From NCBI GenBank assembly GCA_963759705.1, contig CAVXAK010000014.1, positions 112,034-176,033 on the forward strand: a stretch of 64,000 nt of DNA. Reading direction: 5' to 3'. The notes under the pieces are model-generated. The model was not told the origin of the DNA, searched no databases, and was given only the letters and a program-made list of their open reading frames with translations. Shown piece after piece: positions 8,926-18,780 of this stretch. The stretch's first letter is position 1; the number at the start of each line of letters is the position of its first letter. The DNA is from an uncultured Alphaproteobacteria bacterium. Its GTDB lineage: Bacteria > Pseudomonadota > Alphaproteobacteria > Rhizobiales > Xanthobacteraceae. A program made the position numbers and the translations under genes.

Positions 8926-9852
8926 TCAGGCTACGCGATCGAACGGCTCGTTGCCGGCCGCTTCCGCGACGTCCCTCGGCGAGGCGGGACGTCGTTTGTT
9001 CGTGCGTTGATGCAACAGCTCAAGGAAGCGTTCCTTCGGCATCGCCGGACCGATCAGCGCGCCCTGCCCGAAATCGCAGCCCATCGCCATCAGGGCCTGC
9101 AGGTCGGCCTGGCTCTCAACACCTTCGGCGACAGCAGCGCTCCCGAAGCGATGCGCGAGGTCGATCGCGGTCTGACAGATCGCGGCGTTCGCGGCGTCCG
9201 TCGTACATCCCCTGACGAACGAACGATCGATCTTCAGCTCGGCGAACGGCAAATTGCGCAAGCTCGAAAAGGACGAGTAGCCGGCTCCGAAATCGTCGAG
9301 GGCGATGGAGATACCGCTCACGTTCAATTGCGCGGCGATCTCGTTTGCCAGCGCCGTGTCGCGAGCGATCTGGTCCTCGGTGACTTCGAGAATGAGGCCC
9401 GGCCATCGGGGCGATTTCGGACGATATTCGGTGACAATGTGCGGGATCGGCAACGTGAGCAACAGACTCGCCGGCACGTTGACTGCGAGATGGAGATTGA
9501 ATCCCGCCTCTTCGAACATCGACCAGTCGGTGAGGGTTGCGAGCAGCGCATGTTGCGTAAGCTCGCCGATGCTGTCCTCGTCGACTTCCGGAAGAAAGCT
9601 GCCGGGAGGAAGCACGCCATGCTGCGGATGACGGATGCGCGCGAGCGCTTCAGCACCCGCAAGACATTTGCGCTTGAGGTCGATCTTTGGCTGATACCAG
9701 ATCTCGAACCAATGATTGCGCAAAGCCTCGGCGATCGCGATGCACGGCCGCTCGGCGTTCATCCCGTCGGGTTTGGAGTGTTGCGCTCCGTTAACGGACG
9801 CGTTGCCGGCGTCGGGCGAACTCGGGACGTCTTGCTGATTGGAATCGGTCAT
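8926..9852 (-). CDS. Stand-alone EAL-domain protein (putative c-di-GMP phosphodiesterase)
   Basis: EALARIRHP, LAVNVPAS, ILEVTED, ALDDFGAGYSS, LKIDRSFV, AEGVES and QG are all present. Start chosen at MTDSNQ (ATG 9852). Confidence 0.8.
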   Translation of the reverse strand: MTDSNQQDVPSSPDAGNASVNGAQHSKPDGMNAERPCIAIAEALRNHWFEIWYQPKIDLKRKCLAGAEALARIRHPQHGVLPPGSFLPEVDEDSIGELTQHALLATLTDWSMFEEAGFNLHLAVNVPASLLLTLPIPHIVTEYRPKSPRWPGLILEVTEDQIARDTALANEIAAQLNVSGISIALDDFGAGYSSFSSLRNLPFAELKIDRSFVRGCTTDAANAAICQTAIDLAHRFGSAAVAEGVESQADLQALMAMGCDFGQGALIGPAMPKERFLELLHQRTNKRRPASPRDVAEAAGNEPFDRVA

Positions 9853-9978
9853 GCCTGTAAGCCGTAAATGCGGTCGCAACCGTATACGGCCATTAGCGTT
9901 AACCAATCGTGTGTCGACCACTCACGCGGGAGACCGGCGGTTTGTTCCGCCGGCCTGCACACGGTTCCGCCGATAGCG

Positions 9979-10512
9979 TCAGTGCGGCGCCATCTGCATC
10001 ATGCCGCCGCCGCCGGCCGGAACGCCGGGTGCAGGCGCCCCGATCGCTGCGATCGGATATTCAACGTCGATGGTGCCGGCTTTTTCGAATTTGAGCGTTA
10101 TCTTGACGGTCTTGCCCTGTTCCAGCTGGTGCGTGAGGTTGACCAGCATCACGTGGAAGCCGGCCGGCTTCAGCGTCACTGTTTCACCCGGCTTGATTTC
10201 GAGGCCGCCCTCCACGGGCCGCATCTTCATCACGCCACCCTCCATAGTCATGGTGTGAATCTGGCACTGCGCGCTGACGTCGCTCGAAACGCATGTGACC
10301 CGATCGGGCGCAGCGCCACTGTTGGTGATCGTCATATAGGCGGCGCCGGCTGATGCGCCCTTCGGCGTCGCTCTCGCCCAAGGTTGAGCGATGTGAATCG
10401 TGCCGAGGTCATAATCGGTCGCGTAAAGCGGCCCCGCCAAAAGCTGCACCGACGCGAAAGCAAAGACAGCTGCAAAGACGCGCGACATCTTGTTCCTAAC
10501 GAACTTTGTCAT
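9979..10512 (-). CDS. PCu(A)C-type periplasmic copper chaperone (DUF461)
   Basis: Signal peptide, then HTMTMEGGVMKM...GFHVML (H/M copper motif). Met/Gly-rich tail GGGGMMQMAPH. Start could be ATG 10512 or 10488. Confidence 0.8.
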   Translation of the reverse strand: MTKFVRNKMSRVFAAVFAFASVQLLAGPLYATDYDLGTIHIAQPWARATPKGASAGAAYMTITNSGAAPDRVTCVSSDVSAQCQIHTMTMEGGVMKMRPVEGGLEIKPGETVTLKPAGFHVMLVNLTHQLEQGKTVKITLKFEKAGTIDVEYPIAAIGAPAPGVPAGGGGMMQMAPH

Positions 10513-10580
10513 GGCATGACTCCGTGCCGAATACTTGCCCAAGGGGCAAAGAGGTTGTGCTGCAAGCCGATGAGAGCGGG

Positions 10581-10955
10581 TCAGCCAAGCGGTGGGGCAC
10601 GCGAGCGATGGGCGCACGTTGCGCTGATGCACAGCGACCGTATGCCTTCGACAGCAGCGGTCACAGGTCCGGCAGATCGCGGTGCGTAAAGCGCCACCGT
10701 CAGCGGCGTCTCCGGCGGCGGCGCCGCGCAGCATCCGGTGAGGCAGGCCGCAAGACAATCGTGCGCGTGTCCGGCGGGGCTACCGTCAGGCCCTTTGCCG
10801 GCGGTACCAGCGCCCAGTGACGAGCAGATCGGCTGATCTGCGAACGCCGTTGCGCCGGCGAGCGGCCCTGCGACGACGATCAGAATCGCCTGCAATGCGA
10901 CTACATAAGCCGCCACCAGCGCCAGCACAGTCCGTCCCAAATGCCGTCTTTTCAT
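10581..10955 (-). CDS. Small Cys/His-rich membrane protein, DUF2946-like
   Basis: An N-terminal TM helix (VLALVAAYVVALQAILIVVAG), then ICSS...HAHDCLAACLTGCC. It lies directly upstream of the PCuAC gene. Confidence 0.5.
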   Translation of the reverse strand: MKRRHLGRTVLALVAAYVVALQAILIVVAGPLAGATAFADQPICSSLGAGTAGKGPDGSPAGHAHDCLAACLTGCCAAPPPETPLTVALYAPRSAGPVTAAVEGIRSLCISATCAHRSRAPPLG

Positions 10956-11180
10956 CGATAAAAACTTTAGGATGTTTTGTCACCGGTTGGAATGGTTGGG
11001 CCGGAACCTCGACTACGGATGAGTGCCGAAACACGAGCGACAGCGCGCAATGTCCGGCGGGCGCAGTTGGCACATTCGTGATCACAGGCCCGATTCGCAG
11101 TTCCCGTATTGGACGAACGTTGCTTAGAAATTATCTCAGTGAGGCGCTATTGTAGCGATCGAAGGGCATGGTGGCTTGAC

Positions 11181-11528
11181 GTGGTGCACGACCGACCCAA
11201 TCCGCACGACATTCCGCCGTCGGGACAAGTGCTCAAGTTCCGTCTCCCTGGCCGGTCGGGCCGGCGGCCGCCGCTGCGCGCCGTGCGCCAAGCGGGCGGT
11301 GACGAAGCGGAACCGACCGATCATCTGGCGAAATACGAGCAGGAGGATATCAACGTCGATGACCGGCGCCGCATGCTCATGAACGTCATCGCCGTCGCCG
11401 TTGTCGCCCTGCTCGTCGGACTCGGCGTTTGGATCGCCGATACCATCGCGGACATGGAAAAGGCCCAAGATTGCGCGATGCAGGGCCGCCAGAATTGCGC
11501 GCCGATCGAGGCCCCGCACGAACGTTGA
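11181..11528 (+). CDS. Hypothetical single-pass membrane protein
   Basis: C-terminal TM helix MLMNVIAVAVVALLVGLGVWIA, then QDCAMQGRQNCAPIE. The start is uncertain (GTG 11181 or TTG 11109). Confidence 0.5.
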   Translation: MVHDRPNPHDIPPSGQVLKFRLPGRSGRRPPLRAVRQAGGDEAEPTDHLAKYEQEDINVDDRRRMLMNVIAVAVVALLVGLGVWIADTIADMEKAQDCAMQGRQNCAPIEAPHER

Positions 11529-11529
11529 G

Positions 11530-12030
11530 CTACTTCAACTGGTCGGCCACCGCAGCGGCACCGGCCATGGCGCACGCCTCGTCACCTCCCGAGTTCGATC
11601 CGCTGACGCCGACTGCGCCAATCGTGTCGTTGCCGACCTTAAGCGGAACTCCGCCGCGCAGCGCGATCACGTGCTCGAGTTGGCGCTGCCCCGCAAGTTC
11701 GGATCCCGGCTCGGTGCGCTTGGACCATTCGGCGGAGGTGCGGCCGAAGGTGCGGGCCGTATAGGCCTTGCGTTGAGCCAGTTCAATATTGTGGGGAGCG
11801 GCTTTGTCGCCCTGCAAGAACACGCGCAGGCGCCCGGCACGATCGACGACCGCGACGGAAACGCTGTTGCCGGATTTCTCGCATTCGGCGATTGCCGCCT
11901 CGGCAATCGTGAGCGCCATGTGCAAGGACACGTCACGTTGCATCAGCACTTGCGCAATGCCCGCCGTTGTGGACGCTGCCAGTACCGCAACGAATACGAT
12001 AAGCGCAGCAAGCCTGACCGAATAAATCAT
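11530..12030 (-). CDS. GlcG/HbpS-like (DUF336) haem-binding family protein
   Basis: ATG 12030 follows GGGAGGGAAGG. Signal peptide, then GGVPLKVGNDTIGAVGVSGSNSGGDEACA. Confidence 0.75.
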   Translation of the reverse strand: MIYSVRLAALIVFVAVLAASTTAGIAQVLMQRDVSLHMALTIAEAAIAECEKSGNSVSVAVVDRAGRLRVFLQGDKAAPHNIELAQRKAYTARTFGRTSAEWSKRTEPGSELAGQRQLEHVIALRGGVPLKVGNDTIGAVGVSGSNSGGDEACAMAGAAAVADQLK

Positions 12031-12193
12031 TGCCTTCCCTCCCGATGCTGCCGCCCCGGTTGGTCCGGGCAAAGCGGTCAGCGCCAATGGTTGCGCTTTT
12101 GGGCGGAGGGAACAAGAGAATGGTGGACGGTCCGAGGACTCCCCGCTGCCGCGTGCACGATCAACCTCGATCGCACAAAGACCGGTCAGCGCA

Positions 12194-13120
12194 TCAGTCG
12201 GGCACCCGGTGCGCTACGTCTTTCGCCGGCGGCATCGGGGCCGGCGGCAACGCCGTCGACGGAACATGAGCGGCGCTCATTGCGGGTTTTTCAGGGATCG
12301 CGATGACAGGAGTCCCGCTATCGGCGAGAGGCCTGACTTCGGGGGTGTTCATCGCGCCGGTACCGGGCTTCGCTGGCGTCTGCGGCGTAACCTCCGGTTT
12401 GGCCTCATGACTATTACTTGGGCTTGGGCCCGCTTTAGGTCCTTCTGAATTGCTCGGGTGGTGACTGACCTGTGTCGGTTTCTCGCCCGCCGCCGTTGCG
12501 GGAGCACCTCGGTGTGAACCAATGACCGCGAGAACTTCCGCGATCACCCGGGCATGCAGCCGCGGCGACTTATCAATGGTGATATGGCCGATGTTCGGAT
12601 CAGAGCTGACGTCAAGATTGGTCAGCGAGCCGTGGAAGCCAGGTCCACGCCGCATGTAGGCGTAATCGCGCTGCGTCACATTGAGGAGGCGGCCGACATT
12701 CTTGGGCGTGGGAAATGATTGTGTGCCGTCGAACGGCACGACCAGCGCCACCGGAATTCCTTTTTTGTCCAGGTAAGCGGCCATCTCCATGACGGCGTCC
12801 GCGCCTAGCGAATGGCCGATCAGGATGATGGGGCCTTCCGTACCTGCCCTGTAGGCCGCCGCGGCTTGATCGCCGAGCGATTGGTAGTCGGCATAGCTAT
12901 GCACCGTCGCGTAAACGCCGCGCTTCTGAAGCTCCTCGGCGAGGCTATCCATGCCGAGCGAGAAAATGTTCATGAGTCCGCGCAGAAGGTAGACGTGGGC
13001 GCGCGACTGAGCCGAGCCCGGGCTCGATCCAAGCGCGAGCATCATCAACGCTACCAGGGCAGAGACTGTTGCAAGACGCCGCATGTTTGTCATGTTGCCC
13101 TTGTCACTTTTCGTCGCCAC
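12194..13120 (-). CDS. Secreted alpha/beta-hydrolase-like protein (GHSLG) with a roughly 105-aa Pro/Ser-rich tail
   Basis: Signal peptide RRLATVSALVALMMLALGSSPGSAQS, nucleophile elbow ILIGHSLGAD, low-complexity tail. The start could be 13120, 13093 or 13084. Confidence 0.6.
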   Translation of the reverse strand: MATKSDKGNMTNMRRLATVSALVALMMLALGSSPGSAQSRAHVYLLRGLMNIFSLGMDSLAEELQKRGVYATVHSYADYQSLGDQAAAAYRAGTEGPIILIGHSLGADAVMEMAAYLDKKGIPVALVVPFDGTQSFPTPKNVGRLLNVTQRDYAYMRRGPGFHGSLTNLDVSSDPNIGHITIDKSPRLHARVIAEVLAVIGSHRGAPATAAGEKPTQVSHHPSNSEGPKAGPSPSNSHEAKPEVTPQTPAKPGTGAMNTPEVRPLADSGTPVIAIPEKPAMSAAHVPSTALPPAPMPPAKDVAHRVPD

Positions 13121-13344
13121 TTTTCGTCACTTTATCATTTTTCCGCACTGCACTGTTCGACGCTGCAAGCGCGGAATCCAATTCACCTCGCCATTGTAGG
13201 CAATCCATACCGCGCCGCTAGTTTCCGTTTGTGAAATTTCCCCCGATTGAGCCCCTCGTCGCCAACATGCTGGAAACGTGTAGCAAAAATGCCACTGAAT
13301 AGATTGGAACCCGACCTAACTCTCCCGCGTGAATCCGGCCCGTC

Positions 13345-13932
13345 TCAATAAATCCAGGGCACGACCCGGGCGGTACGACGCATATAGGCGCGATACTCGT
13401 CGCCGAAGCCGTCGATCATCATCTGCTCCTCGCGCCCGACACGGCCGAAGAAGAGCGTGCCGAAGCCGACCAATCCAGCAGGCCCTGCCACCCAATTGGG
13501 CAGCATCAACACTTGAGCCAGCGCCATCAGCCAAAAGCCGGCATACATCGGATGGCGAACTACCGCATAAACGCCTGTTGTGACGAGGGTATGGCTTTCG
13601 CGGAGATCGAGGCTGACGGACCAATTGCGGCCCAAATCCTTATGCGTACGGTGAAACAACCACAGTACGCCCAAGTAGACGACGATACCGAGATACCCTT
13701 GGACCGGGACGAAAGGGTAATCGGCGAATCGGGGAAAATGGCTCGCCAGGTAAATGACTGGGATGATGCCGAGGCCGGTAAGCGAGCCGCCAAGCAGCAC
13801 GATCTCGCGCGTATCGCGCGCTGAGAATCGCACCGGCGTTTTGCGCGAGTTCCGTTCCGGCCGCAGGCGCAGGATGAACCAGGCAATCCCGAACGCAAGC
13901 CAGAGGATTTTCGACGCTGTCGCGGTCATCAT
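13345..13932 (-). CDS. Isoprenylcysteine carboxyl methyltransferase (ICMT/PEMT) family membrane methyltransferase
   Basis: 195 aa, multi-[27 protein letters not shown]...[22 protein letters not shown] is typical ICMT-family signature. ATGA overlap with the upstream gene. Confidence 0.75.
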   Translation of the reverse strand: MMTATASKILWLAFGIAWFILRLRPERNSRKTPVRFSARDTREIVLLGGSLTGLGIIPVIYLASHFPRFADYPFVPVQGYLGIVVYLGVLWLFHRTHKDLGRNWSVSLDLRESHTLVTTGVYAVVRHPMYAGFWLMALAQVLMLPNWVAGPAGLVGFGTLFFGRVGREEQMMIDGFGDEYRAYMRRTARVVPWIY

Positions 13933-15194
13933 CGGCTCGCCTCCGTCGCGTCAGGCCGCAACGCTGGCCCTCCCACGTCCTCGATCAGGGCGCCGTCCGC
14001 GGCAAAGGCTGCAACTGCCCAATCGGGATTCTCGACACGCTCCTGCAGTGCGATCGGGCCGCAGCACAGCATGTAATAGTCATAGAAGTAGCGCCGCTCG
14101 TTACCCATCACCGCTTGACGGTGGATGCGCAGAAAATTGAGGTGGAAGCGCTTATAGGTTGCCTCCTCCACCATCATGCGAATGCGGATGATCTTCACGA
14201 TCGGTTTGCCGGTGGCGGGCATGCCCAGCGCGACAACCGGATCGACCTTGTACACGTTGATGACGTCGACCAGCGCTTGATATTCGACCCAGTAGATCGC
14301 CGGCGCATTTGCGACCCGGCCGACGGCTTCGCGCAGCCAACGCGCCGCCGGATGCAGCGCGACCTTGAGCAGCGACGAACCGGTCGACACGATGCGGATC
14401 GGCTTGCCGTTACGACCGAGCTGGGGATCGAGCTGCAGCGCGCGATCGACAACCGCAATCGACAGCGGAGCGCCGAGGCTGTGGCCGTCGATGATGACTT
14501 CGTCGGCATCGGTCTCGCGTACAATCCGGACGAATTCGCCCGCGAAAAGCTCAAGCCGGGCGTCGATTTCCGGCCGGACGCGATGAACGAGATCGCGCGC
14601 GAAGTACCAGTCATCGAGGGCATAACGGATGTACACGATCCGCCCGAATGTCCATCGCAGTACCGCAAACACCGCGAACGCAAGCGGCGGCGCCAGCACG
14701 AGCGGGTACGGCAAGCCGACGTAAATCACCGCAAAGCGCGTCGCCGAGATCGACAGCCAGATCATGCCGCCAACGAAGGCGATCGGATAGAGAAAGAAGC
14801 CGCCGTAACGCCAAGCGATGATGAAGTATTTGACGACCGTGCCGGTGAGAATGAACTCCATCATCGCGGCCATGCCGAGCGGAAAACGCCACCAATCGCT
14901 TTCGGCCATGTCGGCGGAGACGATGTCGTCCCAGCGGAAATAGTAGAAGTCGGTTTCAACGCGCCAGTTCGGCCCCGAGGTATCCACCGTCCAATTCGCA
15001 ACGAAACCGTCCGCGAAAAGTCGGACCGGCGAGACGTGGCCTTGCAAGCTCCAAGCTTTAAGGAACCGAGCCATCTCCCGGATATATCGGCGATGGCTGT
15101 GTTCGGCGCCAACCGGCTCGTAGCCGGTCAACTGCACGAAACAACGCTTGTGCACGAGCGGCTTCGGCATGGACCACCCTTTTGGCGGGTTCAT
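13929..15194 (-). CDS. Uncharacterised membrane protein with a lipase-like GHSLG motif
   Basis: 421 aa. Central hydrophobic block ([36 protein letters not shown]...[16 protein letters not shown]), then [18 protein letters not shown]. Confidence 0.55.
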   Translation of the reverse strand: MNPPKGWSMPKPLVHKRCFVQLTGYEPVGAEHSHRRYIREMARFLKAWSLQGHVSPVRLFADGFVANWTVDTSGPNWRVETDFYYFRWDDIVSADMAESDWWRFPLGMAAMMEFILTGTVVKYFIIAWRYGGFFLYPIAFVGGMIWLSISATRFAVIYVGLPYPLVLAPPLAFAVFAVLRWTFGRIVYIRYALDDWYFARDLVHRVRPEIDARLELFAGEFVRIVRETDADEVIIDGHSLGAPLSIAVVDRALQLDPQLGRNGKPIRIVSTGSSLLKVALHPAARWLREAVGRVANAPAIYWVEYQALVDVINVYKVDPVVALGMPATGKPIVKIIRIRMMVEEATYKRFHLNFLRIHRQAVMGNERRYFYDYYMLCCGPIALQERVENPDWAVAAFAADGALIEDVGGPALRPDATEASR

Positions 15195-15455
15195 AACGGA
15201 CTACGGATCGGCCGATCAAGCGCGGCGCCAACCCGACGGGCGGCGCGAACAAGCCGCAATAAGCTACTCGACGCAAGACCTTATTGGCATTTTCACCGGC
15301 GCTACGACGGCAATTTTGCCACTGCGGCCGCCGTTGAACTCGGCTGCGTCCTTCGCTATACGGGGCATTCACAACTGAGGGGCCCGCCGATCGGGCTTGC
15401 TCGCGCCGGGCTGGGCCGGCGCTCACCCGTGATACGACCCAAAAGAGCACGCCTG

Positions 15456-15737
15456 ATGTCCACTACGTTCGATAAAGTGGCTGAAATCATTGCGGAGACT
15501 TGCGATATTCCGCGTGAGAACATTAAGCCGGAAAGCCATGCGATCAACGATCTCGAGATCGACAGTCTCGACTTCCTCGATATCGCCTTCGCCATCGACA
15601 AGGCGTTCGGCATCAAGCTTCCGCTCGAGCAATGGACGCAGGAAGTCAATGACGGGAAGGCCACGACGGACCAGTACTTCGTGCTGAAGAACCTGAGCGA
15701 GCGTATCGACGAGTTGATCGCGGCCAAGGGCGCCTGA
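15456..15737 (+). CDS. acpXL: Specialised acyl carrier protein AcpXL
   Basis: 93 aa. Phosphopantetheine site [13 protein letters not shown]. First gene of the canonical Rhizobiales VLCFA cluster. Confidence 0.85.
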   Translation: MSTTFDKVAEIIAETCDIPRENIKPESHAINDLEIDSLDFLDIAFAIDKAFGIKLPLEQWTQEVNDGKATTDQYFVLKNLSERIDELIAAKGA

Positions 15738-15747
15738 GGCGCCACGC

Positions 15748-16218
15748 ATGCGACTTGAATATTTTCAGATGATCGATCGTTTCGTCGAGGTCGATATCGG
15801 CGAGCGCGTGATCCGGTCGGTCTGTAACGTGCCGCAAGAGAGCACGGTCTTCGAGGGCCACTTTCCGGGCTACCCGCTCATGCCTGGCGTATTGTTGCTT
15901 GAGTGCATGGCGCAAACGACCGGATGGCTGGTGAGCGCGCTCACGGGTTTCACCGGGCTGCCCGTCCTGGCGGGGGTCAAGGAAGGCAAAATCCGTAGTG
16001 CCGTCTTCCCCGGCGATACGCTCGAGATGGAAGGCCGCGTGGTGCACGAAGGCTCGGGCTACGCCATCGGCGAAGCCAAGGGGCGCTGCCGCGGCGAAGT
16101 CATTTGCGACGGCCGGTTGACGTACCGAATCATTCCCTACCCCAGTCCCGAATTCCGCAAGACGATGTGGGACTGGGCCGAGCGCTTCAACTTTCCGCTC
16201 CAGGAGTTCGTGAAGTGA
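15748..16218 (+). CDS. fabZXL: FabZ-like 3-hydroxyacyl-ACP dehydratase (FabZXL)
   Basis: FEGHFPGYPLMPGVLLLECMAQT hot-dog active-site motif, plus position after acpXL. Confidence 0.85.
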   Translation: MRLEYFQMIDRFVEVDIGERVIRSVCNVPQESTVFEGHFPGYPLMPGVLLLECMAQTTGWLVSALTGFTGLPVLAGVKEGKIRSAVFPGDTLEMEGRVVHEGSGYAIGEAKGRCRGEVICDGRLTYRIIPYPSPEFRKTMWDWAERFNFPLQEFVK

Positions 16219-17402
16219 CTGACCGCCGCGAGGTGTGGATCACCGGCGTCGGTCTACTCACCTGCCTTGGCGAGGGGCTCGAAGCGACCTGGAGTCATCT
16301 CGAAAAAGGCGACCCGCTGCCTTACGACGACAAGAGCTTTGCGCCCTACATTGTGCATTCGCTCGGACCGATCAATTTCGACAAGCAGATCCCGAAGAAG
16401 AGCGACCAGCGCCAGATGGAGACCTGGCAGCGGGTCGGGGTGTACACGGCAGGCCTCGCGCTCAGCGACGCGGGGGTCGCCGGCAAGCCCGAACTGCTCG
16501 ACCATACGGATATGATCGTCGCTGGCGGCGGCGGCGAGCGCGATATCGCAGTTGATACCGCCATTCTCGCCGGCGTGCGCAAAGTCAACAATCCCGGCGC
16601 CTTCCTCAACGAGCGCTTGATGAGCGATCTGCGCCCGACACTATTTCTGGCGCAATTGCCCAACCTGCTCGCCGGCAATATTTCGCTGGTGCATGGCGTG
16701 GTCGGTTCTTCGCGCACGTTCATGGGCGAGGAGTCCGCCGGAGTCGACGCCGTGCGCGTCGCGCAAGCGCGCATCGCTTCGGGACAAAGCGAGATGACGC
16801 TGGTCGGCGGCGCCTATCATGGCGCGCGTTGGGACGTCCTGCTCACCTTCGAACTCGGCGGTGTCGTGCTCGAGGGCAAATTTGCGCCGGTTTGGGACCG
16901 CGGCCCCGAGGGAGGCATCGCCTTCGCGACGATGGGAGCCTTTCTCATGCTGGAGAGCCGCGAACACGCCTTGGCGCGCGGCGTGCACCCGCGGGCGCGG
17001 CTGTCGCCGATTTTATCGGACCGCAATCTGCGCCAGGCTGGCGAAACCGAAGCGTCGCTGCGCCGCCAGTGGGAGGCGATCGCGCCTAAGGTCGATCGCG
17101 CCCATGTCGGCGTCATCTCCGGCGCCTCGGGACTGGAACCGGCGACGTCGGCCGAGCTGCACGTCCTCAAAGAGATCGGCCTTCCCGTCCGCAATACAGG
17201 AACCTATATCGGTCATGGGGTGGACACTCAGTTCACGGCCAATCTCGGCATCGCCTGTGCGGTGATCGAGCATGGTAAGCTGTTCGCCCCAACGGGAACG
17301 GGGGATTTCGGCGACAGTCCCTCCTCACTGTCCCAGGTCGTCGTCACCAGTGTCGGCAATTGGCGCGGCGAAGGACTCGCACTGCTCGAACGGGTCGAGT
17401 GA
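16215..17402 (+). CDS. fabF2XL: Beta-ketoacyl-ACP synthase-like protein lacking the catalytic triad (FabF2XL)
   Basis: GTG 16215 overlaps the fabZXL stop as GTGA. KS fold (VWITGVGLLTCLG), but the active-site Cys position reads FMGEESAG and the His motifs read SGASG/IGHGVD. Confidence 0.8.
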   Translation: MTDRREVWITGVGLLTCLGEGLEATWSHLEKGDPLPYDDKSFAPYIVHSLGPINFDKQIPKKSDQRQMETWQRVGVYTAGLALSDAGVAGKPELLDHTDMIVAGGGGERDIAVDTAILAGVRKVNNPGAFLNERLMSDLRPTLFLAQLPNLLAGNISLVHGVVGSSRTFMGEESAGVDAVRVAQARIASGQSEMTLVGGAYHGARWDVLLTFELGGVVLEGKFAPVWDRGPEGGIAFATMGAFLMLESREHALARGVHPRARLSPILSDRNLRQAGETEASLRRQWEAIAPKVDRAHVGVISGASGLEPATSAELHVLKEIGLPVRNTGTYIGHGVDTQFTANLGIACAVIEHGKLFAPTGTGDFGDSPSSLSQVVVTSVGNWRGEGLALLERVE

Positions 17403-17413
17403 AGGAGAGGCTC

Positions 17414-18721
17414 ATGGCTAACCCATCGGTACGCCCAACTGGAGCGGCAAAACGCGACAAATTAGGTCGCCCGGTTATTGCCGTGACGGGGATGGGGGTC
17501 GTCACCTCGCTCGGCGTCGGCAAAACGGACAATTGGGCGAAACTGGCCGCGGGCGTCTCCGGCATCCGCCGCATTTCGCGGTTTCCGCTCGATAGCCTGC
17601 GGACGACGATCGCCGGCACCGTCGATGACGTCTACAAGGACTATATGCCGCCGGCCGAAATCTCCGAGCGCATGGCGCTGCTTGCCGGCGAAGAAGCAAT
17701 TTCGGAATCCGGCATCGGTCCGAAGGGCCATTTCCCGGGTCCGCTTTTTCTCGCACTGCCGCCGCTCGAGATCGAGTGGCCGTATCGCATCACATTGGCC
17801 GAAAAGGTCGGAGCCAATACTGATAGCGGCTATCCCGATCTGATGCGGGTGGCGCGTGATCAGGAATTCAGGCCGATCTACGAGACCTTGAAGTACGGCA
17901 TCATCGGCGAACATCTCGCGGATCATTTCGGCACCGAAGGCTCGCCGATTTCGCTCACGACCGCCTGCGCGTCAGGCGCCACGGCGATCCAACTCGGGGT
18001 CGAGGCCATTCGGCGCGGCGAGTGTCAGGCGGCGCTCGCCGTTGGCGCCGACGGTTCATTGACGCCGGAATCGCTTGTGCGTTTCTCGCTCCTGTCTGCG
18101 TTATCGACCCAGAACGACCCACCGGAGCAGGCCTCAAAGCCGTTCTCGAAGAACCGCGACGGCTTCGTGCTCGCTGAAGGCGCGGCCGCACTGGTGCTTG
18201 AAGATCTGGATCACGCGCTCGCTCGCGGCGCGCGCGTGCTGGGCATTCTCGAAGGCTGTGGCGAGAAGTCCGATTCCTTCCACCGCACCCGATCGAGCCC
18301 CGATGGCAAGCCGATCATCGCCTGCATGCGCAACGCACTGGCCGACGCAGGCGTCGGGCCCGAAGATGTCGACTATATCAATGCGCACGGCACCTCGACG
18401 CCCGAGAACGACAAAATGGAGGGAATGGGCGTATCGACGGTGTTCGGCGAGCGCATCCGCGACATTCCGATTTCATCCAACAAATCGATGATCGGCCACA
18501 CCTTGACCGCGGCCGGCGCCGTGGAGGCGGTGTTCAGTCTGCTCACACTTGAACACCAGCGAATTCCGCCCACCATCAATCACAATGTTCCCGATCCTTC
18601 GATCCCGCTCGACGTCGTGCCGAATGTGGCCCGCGATGCGCACATCAAACGTGCGATTTCCAATTCGTTCGGCTTTGGCGGACAGAATGTCTGCCTCGTC
18701 ATGACGCGGGAGCCGGCGTGA
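17414..18721 (+). CDS. fabF1XL: Beta-ketoacyl-ACP synthase II (FabF1XL)
   Basis: ATG 17414 follows GAAGGAGAGG. Intact triad motifs TTACASGATA, INAHGTSTPEND and IGHTLTAAG. Confidence 0.9.
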   Translation: MANPSVRPTGAAKRDKLGRPVIAVTGMGVVTSLGVGKTDNWAKLAAGVSGIRRISRFPLDSLRTTIAGTVDDVYKDYMPPAEISERMALLAGEEAISESGIGPKGHFPGPLFLALPPLEIEWPYRITLAEKVGANTDSGYPDLMRVARDQEFRPIYETLKYGIIGEHLADHFGTEGSPISLTTACASGATAIQLGVEAIRRGECQAALAVGADGSLTPESLVRFSLLSALSTQNDPPEQASKPFSKNRDGFVLAEGAAALVLEDLDHALARGARVLGILEGCGEKSDSFHRTRSSPDGKPIIACMRNALADAGVGPEDVDYINAHGTSTPENDKMEGMGVSTVFGERIRDIPISSNKSMIGHTLTAAGAVEAVFSLLTLEHQRIPPTINHNVPDPSIPLDVVPNVARDAHIKRAISNSFGFGGQNVCLVMTREPA

Positions 18722-18780
18722 CCGGCGTCGCGGCAGCGACTTTAACCGGCGAGCGCCGTAGCCCGGCGACGGGGCCATCG

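Noticed and set aside
13105-13133. Direct repeat cacttttcgtc(gc)cacttttcgtc
   Set aside because: There are only two short copies, at the extreme 5' end or leader of the hydrolase gene. It has no further structure and may simply reflect the uncertain start codon.
18718-18780. Longer version of the alcohol dehydrogenase gene starting at GTG 18718 (GTGA overlap with fabF1XL)
   Set aside because: The extra 21 residues (TGVAAATLTGERRSPATGPS) look non-homologous, and MRALTLV is the usual MDR N-terminus. It is kept as an alternative and is not excluded.
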